From Vezdaea acicularis (lineage: Eukaryota), in the NCBI GenBank assembly GCA_026025075.1, contig JAPEUI010000100.1, positions 1 to 60,277 on the forward strand: a stretch of DNA of 60,277 nt, in the 5' to 3' direction. Of this stretch, positions 26,064 through 38,603 are shown piece after piece (position 1 is the stretch's first letter; every line of letters starts with the position of its first letter). The translations under genes were made by a program, and so were the position numbers. The notes below the pieces were generated by a model, which did no database searches, was not told the DNA's origin, and saw only the letters and a list, made by a program, of their open reading frames with translations.

Positions 26064-28025
26064 ATGGAAGCTTTACTCCCAAGCCAACAGTCCCAAGCAC
26101 CGTTCTTTTATTATAATCCCGACCCAAACCCTGAGCACAGAGTACACGGCCACTTTTCCCCTCATCCATCCGGTAAACAGTTGAACGAACAGGTCCAGGA
26201 ATATCAGGATACGACCATGGCCATGTATTCCAGGCCATCTTCCTCGGATTCTCAATCGATGGCTCAACCGAAAAGCCTTAGCCATCTGCAGTCATCGATG
26301 ACACCCATGGCATCTCCACGGCCTATTTGCCAGAAGCCGACGATCCTCATTCAAGAACACAACTCTCCTTTCTTGTCTCTCGACACGGACGTTTCCATCA
26401 CTGACGGAATGTTTCTCCCATCGACACCACCTTTGTCGACATCCGGAAGTGCCATCAGCAGTCCTCCAACAACTTGTGGTCTGCTACCGACCCCAGTGAA
26501 TGGTGCTGGTGCATTCTTTGCTCTCGAGTCGTTCGAGGGTGTGAAGGAAGGTTGCGAGGGTGAGGTGCATTCCGAAATCCTTGCTGGCGGGGATTGGTCT
26601 CGCGCTGGATCTCCTCCTATGACACCTGGTAAGCATCTCTCGATACATCTTACCCAATCGATGGCTGTGGCCTGCAGTCAACATAGTCTGCAAACCTTGT
26701 GGGGTGGGGTGCAGTTTGGAAGAAAAGGTTGAATTAGAACTGACGAGAAATTTTCCCGCTTAGTCTTTGTGCACCCTCCCTCGGTTACCGCTAGCCAAGC
26801 ATCGGACCTTCTGTCTGCCACGGCATGCCCCTCGCTGTCACCCTCGCCCTCGCCGATGCACCAGTCGTCATTCTCAGACGTCTTCGATTTCTGCGATCCG
26901 AGAAACCTTACAGTCGGCTCCTCAGACTTCGCAAACACAACTCTGTCCGTCGAGTTCCCACCTCTTCCAACTCTGTGTTCTGGCGACGACGAAGAGCACA
27001 AGCTGATGCTCGGTGGAGAGCCTTTCGCTTCGAAACCCGCAAAAGAGGCTACCAACCCCTTTGATTTTATTGGACAGGCAACACTCCCTGGTCTGACCAC
27101 CTTCGACTCTTTTTCAGACCTCGACTCCGAAGAAGATTTCGTCAACGGCTTTGTAAATTTCAGACCCACCGAGAACGCTCAGTACATTGGCAACAAACGT
27201 CAGCGTACCGACCTCCTTTCTTTTGACAACGACGGTTTTTTCAGCGAAGACGAGTTCGACGACTTTGATCAGGACGACCAGTTCACTGCGGCTGCTCTCC
27301 CGAGCCCGCCTGACTCTAGTGCTTCACGTCGCGGCTCGCAAGATTTGACCCCAACCATGAAGACCAAGAAGCGATCTCACACCAAGAAACCAAAGAAGGA
27401 GGTTACTTCCGATGAAGACTCTGACTTCTCTCAAACCAATTATGTCGAGATGAATACTGCTGCCAGAGGTTCAGCCGCCCAGAGCCAGGAATCTGCCGGA
27501 CAACAGCAATCTTCGGCTGCTCAAAGTCAGTCAGGTTCTGACAGCAACGCGGTCACTTCTGGTTCAGATGGCGCTGCCGCTGCTCCTACTCCAGTGGCTC
27601 GCCGTGGGCGGAAGCAATCTCTCACCGAAGACCCATCCAAGACCTTTGTTTGCCAGATCTGTGGTCGTCGGTTCCGTCGTCAAGAACACCTCAAGCGCCA
27701 CTACCGCTCTCTCCATACCCACGAAAAGCCTTTTGAATGCAACGAATGTGGCAAGAAGTTCTCTCGTAGTGACAACCTTTCCCAACACGCTCGCACGCAT
27801 GGCAGCGGTGCTATTGTTATGGGTGTCCTCGAGGAGGGTGAAATGGCTCCAAGTGACCGTGGGGATGATACCGAGATCTCTACGCTGAGCAACGTCCTCT
27901 TCGAGAGTGCCGCAGCTGTAGCCAATACCAGCAGCTCCAGCAACAGTGGCGAGTCTGTCCGCGAGAGCCTCAGTCCCCCGCCTGCCGACAACAAGCAACG
28001 CAAGAAGAGAAAGAGGGAGGAATAA
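26064..28025 (+). CDS. seb1: C2H2 zinc-finger stress-response transcription factor (Seb1/SebA/MsnA, Msn2-like); intron 26629-26763
   Basis: N-terminal [24 protein letters not shown], and [67 protein letters not shown]. Confidence 0.88.
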
Positions 28026-29196
28026 ACGTCAAATCGCCAACTTGAGTTATTTTGGTGGATCCTGATGACACCTCGAAAGTTTGACCCAACGATAATGGAA
28101 ACCAAACTAATGAAACCTGTACGACATTGCGGTCTCTCTCAACTCATCCATCATCCTCTCACAATATGACGGCATCTGCACCATTTGGTGTCTTCGGAAG
28201 ATCTTAGAGAAGCAGACATATTCGGCGAACGAGAGCAGTGTTTTACCCAAAAAGTCCCTTCGAGCCTTGATAATTCCAATTCTCTGTAACTTTTCACCCA
28301 CGTTCCCTCCCTCGTGCATGGTAGTCTGCGAACTTGCCAACAAGAGGTTGGGGCTTTACCCTTCGACTTTAGCGTGATGTATTAAAGACGGTCTGCTCTG
28401 GCTGGGAGTGTCTTCTGGACGGGCTGGTTAAGGTGGCTTGCGATGCTTCTGACGTTTCTTGCATGTACACCGTATTCTGCTGCGGGCGAATCTTTGGTGA
28501 AAGCTTCTTTCCGGTCTGATGGCCTTGCCTCTTGGGCATTTCACTTCCTGTTTAACTACCCTGTACCACGGCATAGTGCTGGTCGCTAGATGCTCATAGT
28601 CTCAAATCAATATTCTCTCTTGAGCTTTGTCCGAAGTTGCAAAAATGATCAATGCCTTGGGCTAGAAGATTGTTGAGACCAATTAGTTGAAGATAATTGG
28701 GTTTCAGCTGTCAGACCTTGGAAGAACCACTCTGTTAAGCCCCGAACAGTTCTCGCTTATCTTCGTTACACGACAATCCATCCATGCCATCAACCAAAAT
28801 GATCGTGATTCACGGCACGTTGATATCAATAAAAAGTGTCACACCGTGCTTAATGAGGTACCTCACCATCAAGTCTGTATGGGTAAGATACTCCACATAC
28901 TTGGCATGTTCGCCTTTTGCTCGTACTTAGTGTGACTGTTTTCTGTCGCCGGCATGGCAGCAACTTTGGTGACGGCATGTTCACTACAATTGGAGACTCC
29001 CTGGACTATAGAACATGTAGTCACTTGGAGATATCTCTTTCAGCTATTAAACCCAACTTTCCCTTTTAGATCCGGCTTGTCTTGGCTTGACCACGATTTG
29101 TCCATGTTTGACCACGCATGTACGATCACGTTCTTCTACTCTTGTAGAGTAGCTAGCTGAAATTTCCTTTGTGTCTAGTCCTAGCCAGATCTCGCC

Positions 29197-31575
29197 ATGA
29201 GCCAAATTCTCAAAGTCGTTGCCCTTATCTCTGGGGGCAAAGACTCGTTGTTCTCAATTCTACACTGTTTAGCAAATGGACACACGGTCGTGGCAATGGG
29301 TAATCTATACTCGAATGAGGCTGCAGGATTGTCAGACGATATAGACAGCTACATGTACCAGACAGTTGGTCAAGCAATCATTCCTCTATACGAAGAAGCT
29401 TTGGGTATACCTCTGTATCGTCAGGAAATCATTGGTACTACTGTCGATTCAGGCAAGACGTATGGGCTTCCTGGCCAGAATGCAGATGAGGCTACACAAG
29501 CCGATGAAACAGAATCCCTCATCCCCCTCTTGAGAAAAGTGCTAGAAAGTCATCCTCAAGTCAATGCAGTGAGCACAGGCGCTATCCTCTCCGATTACCA
29601 GCGGACTCGAGTTGAATCGGTTGCCATACGGCTGGGGTTGACCCCACTTTCATATCTCTGGCAGTACCCATTCCTCCCTCCAGGAATGCAAGATTCCCTT
29701 CTTAAAGACATGGCGGTTATTGGGCAAGACTCGCGTATCATCAAGGTTGCATCAGGAGGACTGGACGAGTCTTTCCTATGGCAGAATGTTGCGAGTACAC
29801 GTACTAGAGAGCTCCTAGCACGAGCTATGAGACCTTATGGTGGTGATGAAGGTGGCGCTATCTTGGGCGAGGGGGGAGAATTTGAGACGCTCTCAATCAA
29901 CGGGCCTCCCCCGGTGTGGAAAAAGTACATTGATATCGAGGAGCAAGAAAGACAGGTAGTACGACGAGATGGTGGGGTAGTTTCCGTGAAGGTCATGGGG
30001 GGAAGGGCAATTACCAAAACCGATATGCCGCTGGGAGCGCATTCCCTTCGCATACCGGATGAACTCGACGTCGAGTTCTCGAGGATGGCAAACCTACCAG
30101 AGCGCAACTCTAAGGTGCTAAACGATACAACCTCATACTCACTGCAAAGGTTACGTAGACCCTTATCGCCATTACCAAAGTCCACGCACATCCATGGGCC
30201 AGGCCCTTCGCTTTGTCAGAATCTGGTCTGCACTACTCGCTTGGTACCGTATGATCCACATTCAGGGAGCATTGTATCGCCTGGAGGCCAGGTGGTCCCA
30301 ACAGATCACGGAGTCCAGATGGACGCAGTAGCGCGAAACTTCAAAGCACGGCTCGACGAGAACGTCCTCAAAGTCGAGGACGTAGTCTTCGTCACGATTC
30401 TGCTTCGGTCGATGGAGCACTTTAGTGCTATCAATCGAGCATATGGAGAAATCTTCCAAAAGCCTAATCCACCCGCAAGGATTACGGTAGCATGCGGCGA
30501 TGTCATGCCTCCCGATATTCATATAATGATGTCGGCAGTAGTCAGCACCCTACCCCAGCGCGAGTCCTTACATGTTCAGTCGAGGTCTTACTGGGCACCG
30601 GCCAACATCGGCCCATACTCTCAAGCAGCATCCATCCCCTTGTTCGGCCCCGAGAGCGAAGACACGCCTTACGTTGTATATGTCGCGGGCCAGATCCCTC
30701 TCGCACCAGCATCCATGAGACCAATCTCATCCGACTTTTACATGCGCGTCGTACTCTCCCTACAACACCTGTGGCGAATTGGCCAGGCAATGAAAGTCCA
30801 GTGGTGGCTCGAAGGGATCGCCTTCATCACCGGTGAGAACCGAGTGGAAGTAGAAGGCAAGGCGAAGCTAGCATGGCGGCTCTGGAGTTGGAGATGCCGC
30901 TACCCCTACGACGAGGAGGAAGCCGAATCCATCGACCCGTGGGACCGCAAGTACGGCGGCGCCACCCAGAAACCGGCGCACATGCAGGACCGAAGAATTC
31001 CCGATCCAGCCTTGGACAAAGGCGAGGCAGATATCTTTAGACATCTCCCCTTCCTCGCGGTCGAGGTTGAGGCACTTCCGCGTGAGACCGATATCGAGTG
31101 GGCAGCCATCGGAATCAAGAAAATCGCCGACGTCTCCCTATACTCCCTTCCCAACCTCACGGGCAATCACTATCAGGTCCAGACCACCCACCAGCCCAAA
31201 ACAGAAAAGAGCCTCTTCTACAGCTGGGCCGTCATCCCCGACCACGGCGAGTCCGACGAAGTCCTGAGGCAGAAACTCAGAAAGCTGTTAGAGGGACGGG
31301 AGTCAGCTTGGTACAGAGAAGGCGACCACGATGCTCCCGCTGTACTGGAATCGACGCTGTATATCGTTTCTTCATTGGACTACTCGACTGTTTTGCAAGA
31401 CTATCCGGCGAAGGTCGTGCCGTGTAAGTCTATTTGGAGCTCTAAAGGGGAGTCTTGCGTGGCGGGACTTTTCTGGGGTAGTGTGCTTGGGGCTGGGCAG
31501 GTGGTTGACTTGAAGGAGGAGGGTTCGGAGGAGGGGGAGGATGTTGGTGGTGGAGATACAGGGGTCGATATTTGA
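29197..31575 (+). CDS. dph6: Diphthine-ammonia ligase with two C-terminal RidA/YjgF-like domains; intronless
   Basis: ALISGGKDS, SYMYQTVG, GAILSDYQRTRVESV, GEGGEFET, PNPPARITV, LHVQSRSYWAPANIGPYSQA. Confidence 0.93.
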   Translation: MSQILKVVALISGGKDSLFSILHCLANGHTVVAMGNLYSNEAAGLSDDIDSYMYQTVGQAIIPLYEEALGIPLYRQEIIGTTVDSGKTYGLPGQNADEATQADETESLIPLLRKVLESHPQVNAVSTGAILSDYQRTRVESVAIRLGLTPLSYLWQYPFLPPGMQDSLLKDMAVIGQDSRIIKVASGGLDESFLWQNVASTRTRELLARAMRPYGGDEGGAILGEGGEFETLSINGPPPVWKKYIDIEEQERQVVRRDGGVVSVKVMGGRAITKTDMPLGAHSLRIPDELDVEFSRMANLPERNSKVLNDTTSYSLQRLRRPLSPLPKSTHIHGPGPSLCQNLVCTTRLVPYDPHSGSIVSPGGQVVPTDHGVQMDAVARNFKARLDENVLKVEDVVFVTILLRSMEHFSAINRAYGEIFQKPNPPARITVACGDVMPPDIHIMMSAVVSTLPQRESLHVQSRSYWAPANIGPYSQAASIPLFGPESEDTPYVVYVAGQIPLAPASMRPISSDFYMRVVLSLQHLWRIGQAMKVQWWLEGIAFITGENRVEVEGKAKLAWRLWSWRCRYPYDEEEAESIDPWDRKYGGATQKPAHMQDRRIPDPALDKGEADIFRHLPFLAVEVEALPRETDIEWAAIGIKKIADVSLYSLPNLTGNHYQVQTTHQPKTEKSLFYSWAVIPDHGESDEVLRQKLRKLLEGRESAWYREGDHDAPAVLESTLYIVSSLDYSTVLQDYPAKVVPCKSIWSSKGESCVAGLFWGSVLGAGQVVDLKEEGSEEGEDVGGGDTGVDI

Positions 31576-32054
31576 GGTTTAAACGCGGAAGGGGAGTTCA
31601 GCTACAACATCGCGTAGCCGGGTTGGAATTAGCGTCTTCCGCGCGTAACACACTCATGATAGAAGCAAATATAGGATCGATACAGATTTTCTAAACAGCG
31701 TATCCTAGCAAGGGTATCCATCCGTCCCTTCGCGTCAGCAGCCGCCAAATCCACAGCAGATGGGTAGATGAATGGGACGGCCACGCCCAGCATCTAGAGA
31801 GACTCAGACCCAGACCCAAACCCAAATCCACCCTGCAGTATTCAACGAAGAAATATATGTGAAAGAGCTAGAACGCAACACAGACCAAACAGGGTAGAAT
31901 GGGAGTTGTATAATCGAGATCTGTGACAACTCCATGAATTTGCCCGCGCCTTGTAATTGCAGAAAGCGATGGTTGCTCGGGGGTGAGGCGGAAGCAAGAA
32001 GAGGAGAGCTGGAACTCTTAGGGTGAGGTAGCTCGTGCCGAACAGGTGCGAGGT

Positions 32055-33152
32055 TTAGCTGCCGTTGTGCAACTTCTGAGCTGGTCCGTTTCCTTCCTTG
32101 AAGACTCTGGCTAGTATGTTAGCATCCAATTCGATTTGAGATAAAGACTTGACACTTGCAGGTGTGATTCGTAGAACTGGAGCATCTGGATGGGATCTTT
32201 TTAGCAAAGTGTCCAGACTACGAGGGTTCCAAACCACTCACGCGCATAGGGCATTTCTTGTACACCTCTCTAGTCTGATGCCTCGTCTTCCGGCCATTGT
32301 TCCATTGCAGATAGACATATAGATCATTTTTGTCCATCTCGATAGTATCGACACAGTGAATATCATCTTCCCACGAGCCTGCCGGCGGCTTCCAGTTCCC
32401 TTTGGTGTCGGTCTCAGGGGTCGAGCGCGCATCTTCCATGTTGGTGTCGACTTGCTTGATCCTCTTCGAGCCCTTCCCACTGCTCTGCGTTTGTGGCGTA
32501 CCGGTGCTGTCACGCGTTCGCTTGCCTTTAGCCTTTAAGGTCGGCTTGCCCCCAATCGTGGTGTAGTATGCTTCGAGAATCTCTTGGGCGCCATCACTGG
32601 AGGAGGGGAGAAATGAGTTTCTGAAGGATTGATTGGAGAGGTAGGTGGAAGGGATCATGGTGTCATACATCAAGCTTTCCTCCGGCTCCCATGTACGATC
32701 CTTTTCTGCCTCGTAGCCTTTCCATTTTACCTTCAGACGGAGCTCCTATAGGGAGTCAGCGCAATTCCCGAAGCGTACAGATTCAAGAATGGGTTACCTT
32801 TTCGAAGAACTGGTGGTCCTCAATAGCCTCAACAATATATCTGGGATTGGGACCAAAGTAAGTAAATTTGTCCGGTAGTGTAGATACAGCAACTTACTCA
32901 TCTTCTGCTGGCTCATCGTCGTCGCTGTTCTCACTGCCCTCTTGTCCGGCTTCCGCAAAGTCTTCTTTCGTAGGTTTGGAGCGACGCGCAGGTATCTCGT
33001 TCTCGGAGGAGCCATCGGAGGACGACTCATCATCAGTGATGCCTGGATTGAGCATTCAAACGTCAATTATTCTTACGTCCAAGTTGAAAGTGAAACATGA
33101 AACACATGGCAAACAGTATCACACGGAGCCGGAGAGCTAACTTACGTGGCAT
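32055..33152 (-). CDS. hepA: Heterochromatin protein 1 (chromodomain plus chromoshadow domain); multi-exon with a 7-nt first coding exon
   Basis: Spliced EYIVEAIEDH..KVKWKGYEAEKDRTWEPEE, WKPPAGSWED, VYLQWNNG, KCPMRMLQFYESHLVF. Confidence 0.88.
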
Positions 33153-33657
33153 CTTTACAAAAGTCGAGGTAAAGTGACGGTGAGTTTATAAGATCTTGAT
33201 ATTGGCGAATTGAAGGATCTCAGTCCTCAAATCACAGCCACCAATTGGGGCAAGGACCGCTTGTAGATAAGTTCTCAAATGCAACAAAGGAACCTGGAGA
33301 CGTTTCGCAAGCTGTAGGGTCACAAACCGCGACTAAGGTGAAAGAAGTGAAGAGTATATATTATGGAGATATGTAAATTGCGATTCCAGAGTCTTCGCGA
33401 CGAGGCCCGGCGGCGCAAACACGGTGCACACGCGAATTCCAGAAAGCTTGGCGCTCGCTAAACCTTCAGGTATCACGTCTGCTATAAAGTTTTCGAGCTC
33501 AAGATTCGATGCGACAGACGAACCTTTATGTGGTTCTCTCAAGACTTGATCAACAGATCACAACTAGAAATCCTTCGGATGCTGTAGTAGCCAACACAAT
33601 ATATTTGATAATTACTGATTAGTGGTAAGCTCCAACGGAGCTCGTGGAGTTGCAAAT

Positions 33658-35900
33658 ATGGCAATGCGTACGTACCTATACGCAAATATTTACATTGCGC
33701 AGTGGCGTGAACTCTGCTGACTTGATTCGTAGAGCTGGATATGTCACAAGGTAGATTTTGCCTCAAATCCGCATCTAAACCTTGAGAGACCCGGGAATAA
33801 CCAGTAGATCACTAAGCGGCGGTTGTGAAGGACGAGCAAGGGCGGCCATTCATTGTGGTCAGAGAGTATGGACCCCGAAATCATAACGAACGCGGTGCTA
33901 TCCGGACCAACTTGAGCTTCGGCTAATGATTGCCAACAAGTCAAGGCAAGAAAAAGAGGCAGCATGGTACAGACGCTGTAAAGTCACATATCCTCGCTGC
34001 GAGGACAGTCGCGAATATTGTTCGAACATCACTGGTGCGTAACAGTCTCAATATGAGACCTCCGCTTTATGAATCCTTCTGATAAATGTGTCTAGGGCCC
34101 TCGGGGGCTTGATAAGATCCTCATTTCTCCCGATGGAGACATTACAGTTACTAATGATGGAGCCACAATTCTCTCACAGGTTAGATATTTGGGGCTACGC
34201 TAGTATGAGTTTATCTCCTGACAAATCCTATGTAGATGGAGGTATCGAATCACGTCGCCAAACTTCTCGTAGAGCTCTCTAAATCGCAAGACGATGAGAT
34301 CGGAGATGGCACAACCGGTGTGGTAGTACTAGCTGGAGCACTCCTAGAACAGGCTGCAGATCTCATCGACAAAGGCATACATCCCATTCGTATAGCAGAT
34401 GGTTATGACGAGGCATGTGAAGTGGCCGTGGCCCAACTCGACCGAATTAGTGATCGTGTACATTTCACGAAAGAAGACACGGAAAATTTGTTGGAAGTGG
34501 CGAAAACGAGTCTTGGAAGCAAAATGTGACTTCCTAACCCCCTGATGTCTTAACGAGTCGGATTCTAACACTTTTCTCCAGCGTCTCTAAGGCCCACGAC
34601 CAATTTGCCCAAATAGCGGTGGATGCTGTACTTTCTGTGGCCGATCTTGAGCGGAGAGACGTGGACTTCGAACTCATTAAAGTTGATGGTAAAGTTGGTG
34701 GGGCTCTCGAAGACTCACTCCTAGTAAAGGGCGTTATTGTCGATAAGGACTTTTCGCACCCTCAGATGCCGAGCGAAGTCCGCGATGCAAGGCTTGCTAT
34801 TCTAACATGTGCATTCGAACCTCCGAAACCAAAGACAAAGCACAAGCTGGACATTACGACTGTTGAGGAGTTCAAGCGTTTACAGTCCTACGAAAAGAAC
34901 AAATTTGAAGAAATGATTGCACAACTAAAGGCAACGGGAGCGAATCTAGTCATCTGCCAGTGGGGTTTTGACGATGAAGCAAATCACTTGTTGCTCCAAA
35001 ACAAGTTGCCAGCTGTTCGATGGGTGGGCGGACCAGAGATTGAACTTATTGCTATTGCAACAAATGGCCGCATTGTACCTCGCTTCGAAGACCTAAGTAA
35101 AGAAAAGCTTGGCAAGGCAGGGTTGGTCAGAGAAATAAGTTTTGGAACGACTAGAGAGAAGATGCTTATAATCGAGGAGTGTGCAAACACTCGCGCCGTG
35201 ACTGTCTTTGTTAGGGGAAGCAACAAGATGGTAAGTTGCTCTGTCCATTCTATTATGATTGCATTGTCTGATGCTGATGGCTCTCAGATTATTGATGAGG
35301 CAAAGCGATCCTTGCATGATGCTTTATGCGTTGTTCGAAATCTCGTGCGAGACAATCGTATTGTCTACGGCGGAGGCGCGGCCGAAATAGCATGTTCACT
35401 TGCGGTAGAAGAGGCTGCGGTTAAAGTACGGCATTTCAATATCAACGTCACTATGAGTCTGCTAACAATTGCATCTCGCAGAGTCCTGGCTTGGAACAGT
35501 ACGCTATGAGAGCATTTGCGGACGCATTAGATTCTGTTCCCATGGCTCTTGCTGAAAACTCTGGGTTGAGTCCTATCGAAACCCTGGCAGCAATCAAATC
35601 AAGACAAGTTAAGGAGCAAAATTCTAGACTTGGAGTGGATTGTATGCAGACAGGCAGTAATGGTAAGATAAACGCAATCTTTGGAAGGTCTTGTTCTAAC
35701 CCTTGCCGCAGATATGCGCGATCATTTTGTCATTGACCCCCTGATCGGAAAACGCCAGCAGCTACTACTTGCGACCCAACTGTGTCGGATGGTTTTGAAG
35801 GTTTGTTTCTGCGCTTAAGGTGAAACTTGTCTGAGTCGTGCTAAGACGCAACTAGATAAACAACGTTATAGTTGCGGGAAGCGACGAGAACGATTTCTAG
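33658..35900 (+). CDS. cct5: T-complex protein 1 epsilon subunit; multi-exon
   Basis: [74 protein letters not shown]. Confidence 0.96.
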
Positions 35901-36440
35901 ACTTTTACGCTAAGTGAATATAATTCCTCAATGGTCAAGGATTCTGGACCGGCAAAAGTGGGTATTTGTATTAGCATTTGTAGCGAGGCATAGCACTGTA
36001 TGGCCCTTATATAGATCACGATTACAGCGTAAACAAAACACAATTTCATGGACTGGCTGCTCACATGGTCGGTGCGCAATTCGGTGTTTCGGCCTGCTGG
36101 CTATATTCACCGACTAGTTTATCTAGTTCTCATTGAAAATGCGGCATTTTCACGCCAGACATGAAGTTTTGAGCACGGACTGATAAGTATGACAGTAACT
36201 GTTTGGACTGCTACAGGAGTCTTGAAGCTTAGCCAGAGCTATTTCGAATTCTAATTCAAGTCTTAGGCACGGCCCATCAGCTGGTCCATCTCTGAGGGCA
36301 TACGACCATGGCTTACTCTTGCTATCATTCAAAGTAGATAAAGACGCAAGACTAACCACGGGTCTTCTCGAGCTGGCGGTGCTGTTGCATTCGAAGATGG
36401 TTATTCATTCCAGCTTCACTTGAGGCTATTGGCTCTAGTC

Positions 36441-38209
36441 ATGCTATTCTGTGGTTTCATCCTCACGTCGCGCGTCTCCTTTGTCACCGTGCTTTTTTGG
36501 TATGTTCTGCTCCCTTGGCCTGTCAGTGGCGATTCAAGGGGAAGGATAAGATGCGTAAGAATTTTCTCGTCGCCGGTATGGAGTAGGCCACTGATAGTTT
36601 CCTAGATTGGCCCGGTTGCTTCAATAAGGACGACTTTGCCTCCACCGGAGGCACTCTTTGATATGCAGCCCATCAATACCCAGCGTTATTTCCGATCGGC
36701 ATTAGAACTCTGTGCGAAGGCCGAGCACGGTGGAGACTTTACGTGGAATGCTGGTGCTTTTTGCTCATGGACTGCACAGCCGCCGACCGTTGTCTTTGAA
36801 ACAGAAAAGTTCCTAACGCCCAGTGGCATGTCGGATATGGCCTACGAGGCTATTCAGATTTTCTGCGCCTTTCGGTGTAGATGCCTTTCGCCTTATGCGG
36901 ACCCCGATACCGAGAGTTCTGGGGCATCAAGTCAGACAGACTTAGGAGGCTCAGAGCAGGATTTGATAGCTCTCGCAGAACCTTACGACAAGAATCCGCA
37001 ACGGTCGACATTCAGTGACCCTCTGCTGTTGAATGGCTTTTACGACGCGAACTTTGTGACTGCATTTTTCCACGATGAGGTGTCCACAGCGGAAGCTGCA
37101 TTTACAAAATGGCTACAGCCTCCGCCTGGCTTTGGTACTCCAATCTGTGACGGTGATGTGCCAGGCTGGTTGCCTCCTCCTTTCTCTCGTGGGGACTTTT
37201 CGGGCGTTCAACAGCTGTGTGCGGCGCAGTGGTTTGGTGGAAGCGCAGAAGGAAACGCGGGCGGAGTGTGTATATATGGCCACTCTTTCTATTTACTTCC
37301 GTACCTAGCACAGTGAGTCAAGCCCACCTATGTGACTGCGTCTAGCAATCTATTGACAAGCATCTTTATTCTAGCCCTAGCTTCTTAATCACGTACATCC
37401 CACTTGGGTAAGCATGTTCCATGCTCAGTGATCTTACTACACATAAAATACTAACAGACAGAAGCATGGCAATTGATGCTTTCTGCAACTGGCGCTGCAG
37501 ATGTCCGATGGATCTTGGGCCCGCCCCACGAAGGGAGAGGTTCACAGTTCCTTACGTGAAGGCCGAGCTACGTGATTACGAGGTCATGTCTGATTTCCGT
37601 AACGGCGGCGTTATCCTCTGGATGACACCAGCCAGCGGAGGTGGTTGGACTCCAGTGACCTTGGCACCGCCACAGAATGGAGCTCTCCGAGCTACAAGTC
37701 CTCAAGGTACCGTGACTAAACTTGGTGGCGTCACTTGCGGTCTCGTAAAGCAAGATAGTTGTACAGAGCCGTGGCCTGAGCAGTTCAAGCCGATCCTCAA
37801 CAAACTCATTCTTGACGCCTCGTCCGAACATCTTCAAACCCCCTCTGGACGCTATCGTAGGACTCGTAAGGGAGTTCCTAGGCAAAGAGCCTCAATAGTG
37901 CCAAAAAATAACCATGTATGTGGAGTCGGCGGATGCATGGGCAATAGGGATTGCTCCCCAGGCAGGGATGGCTCTAGCTGTAGATGCGTGGACCACCCGA
38001 CACCTCTACAGCTTCTACATATCGGTTTGAATCCGATGTACCCCAATCCGTCTTCAATATGCATGTCAACTGACCAGATATCATTTGTGAATGCAGCCTA
38101 CCAAGCAAGCGGAGGGCTTGGTTTGGGCAAAAGAGGGGTTGAGAATAAGCTGGCCTGCCGATGCAATGAGACGGATGTGAGTGAGAGCTGCTGCGAGAGT
38201 ATACTTTAG
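36441..38209 (+). CDS. Putative secreted cysteine-rich protein with two internal LCA..GG..NAG..C / FC..RCRC repeats; 4 exons (introns 36555-36605, about 37313-37374, about 37408-37461)
   Basis: Signal-like MLFCGFILTSRVSFVTVLFWYVLLPWPVSG. Canonical introns join ORFs 36636 and 37421 in frame. Duplicated Cys motif; C-terminal KR..CRCNETDVSESCC. Confidence 0.65.
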
Positions 38210-38603
38210 ATAGTTTGAATGGTCTTTATAGCTAGTTCGATACCCCATGCAGCGGTTTGAAATTTAATATCCATGACTTTGAAATTAGAGGCGTTTCAGG
38301 ATGACTTGTAGCACGTAGCATATGACTGTCAGGGGTGGTGACATTGGGATGGTTTTTTACGAGCTTTCCCTACCGGCAACTCCCATGAATAGTGTACTAC
38401 AGCTTTCAACATTCGCTATATATGTCTCGCTTCTACTGGTTCTATTTTAGCCAAAAGAATATCACAGAGATGATGTGTTATGCCAACGTCCTCCGAAGCT
38501 CACTACATTGGCTTAATGTAGCAAATGACCTCCGGGCACCCTAGGAGCTTATTCGAATGAGAAGCGTGCTTCAGTCTTTCTATCGTCTGTGCTGACCATC
38601 GCT

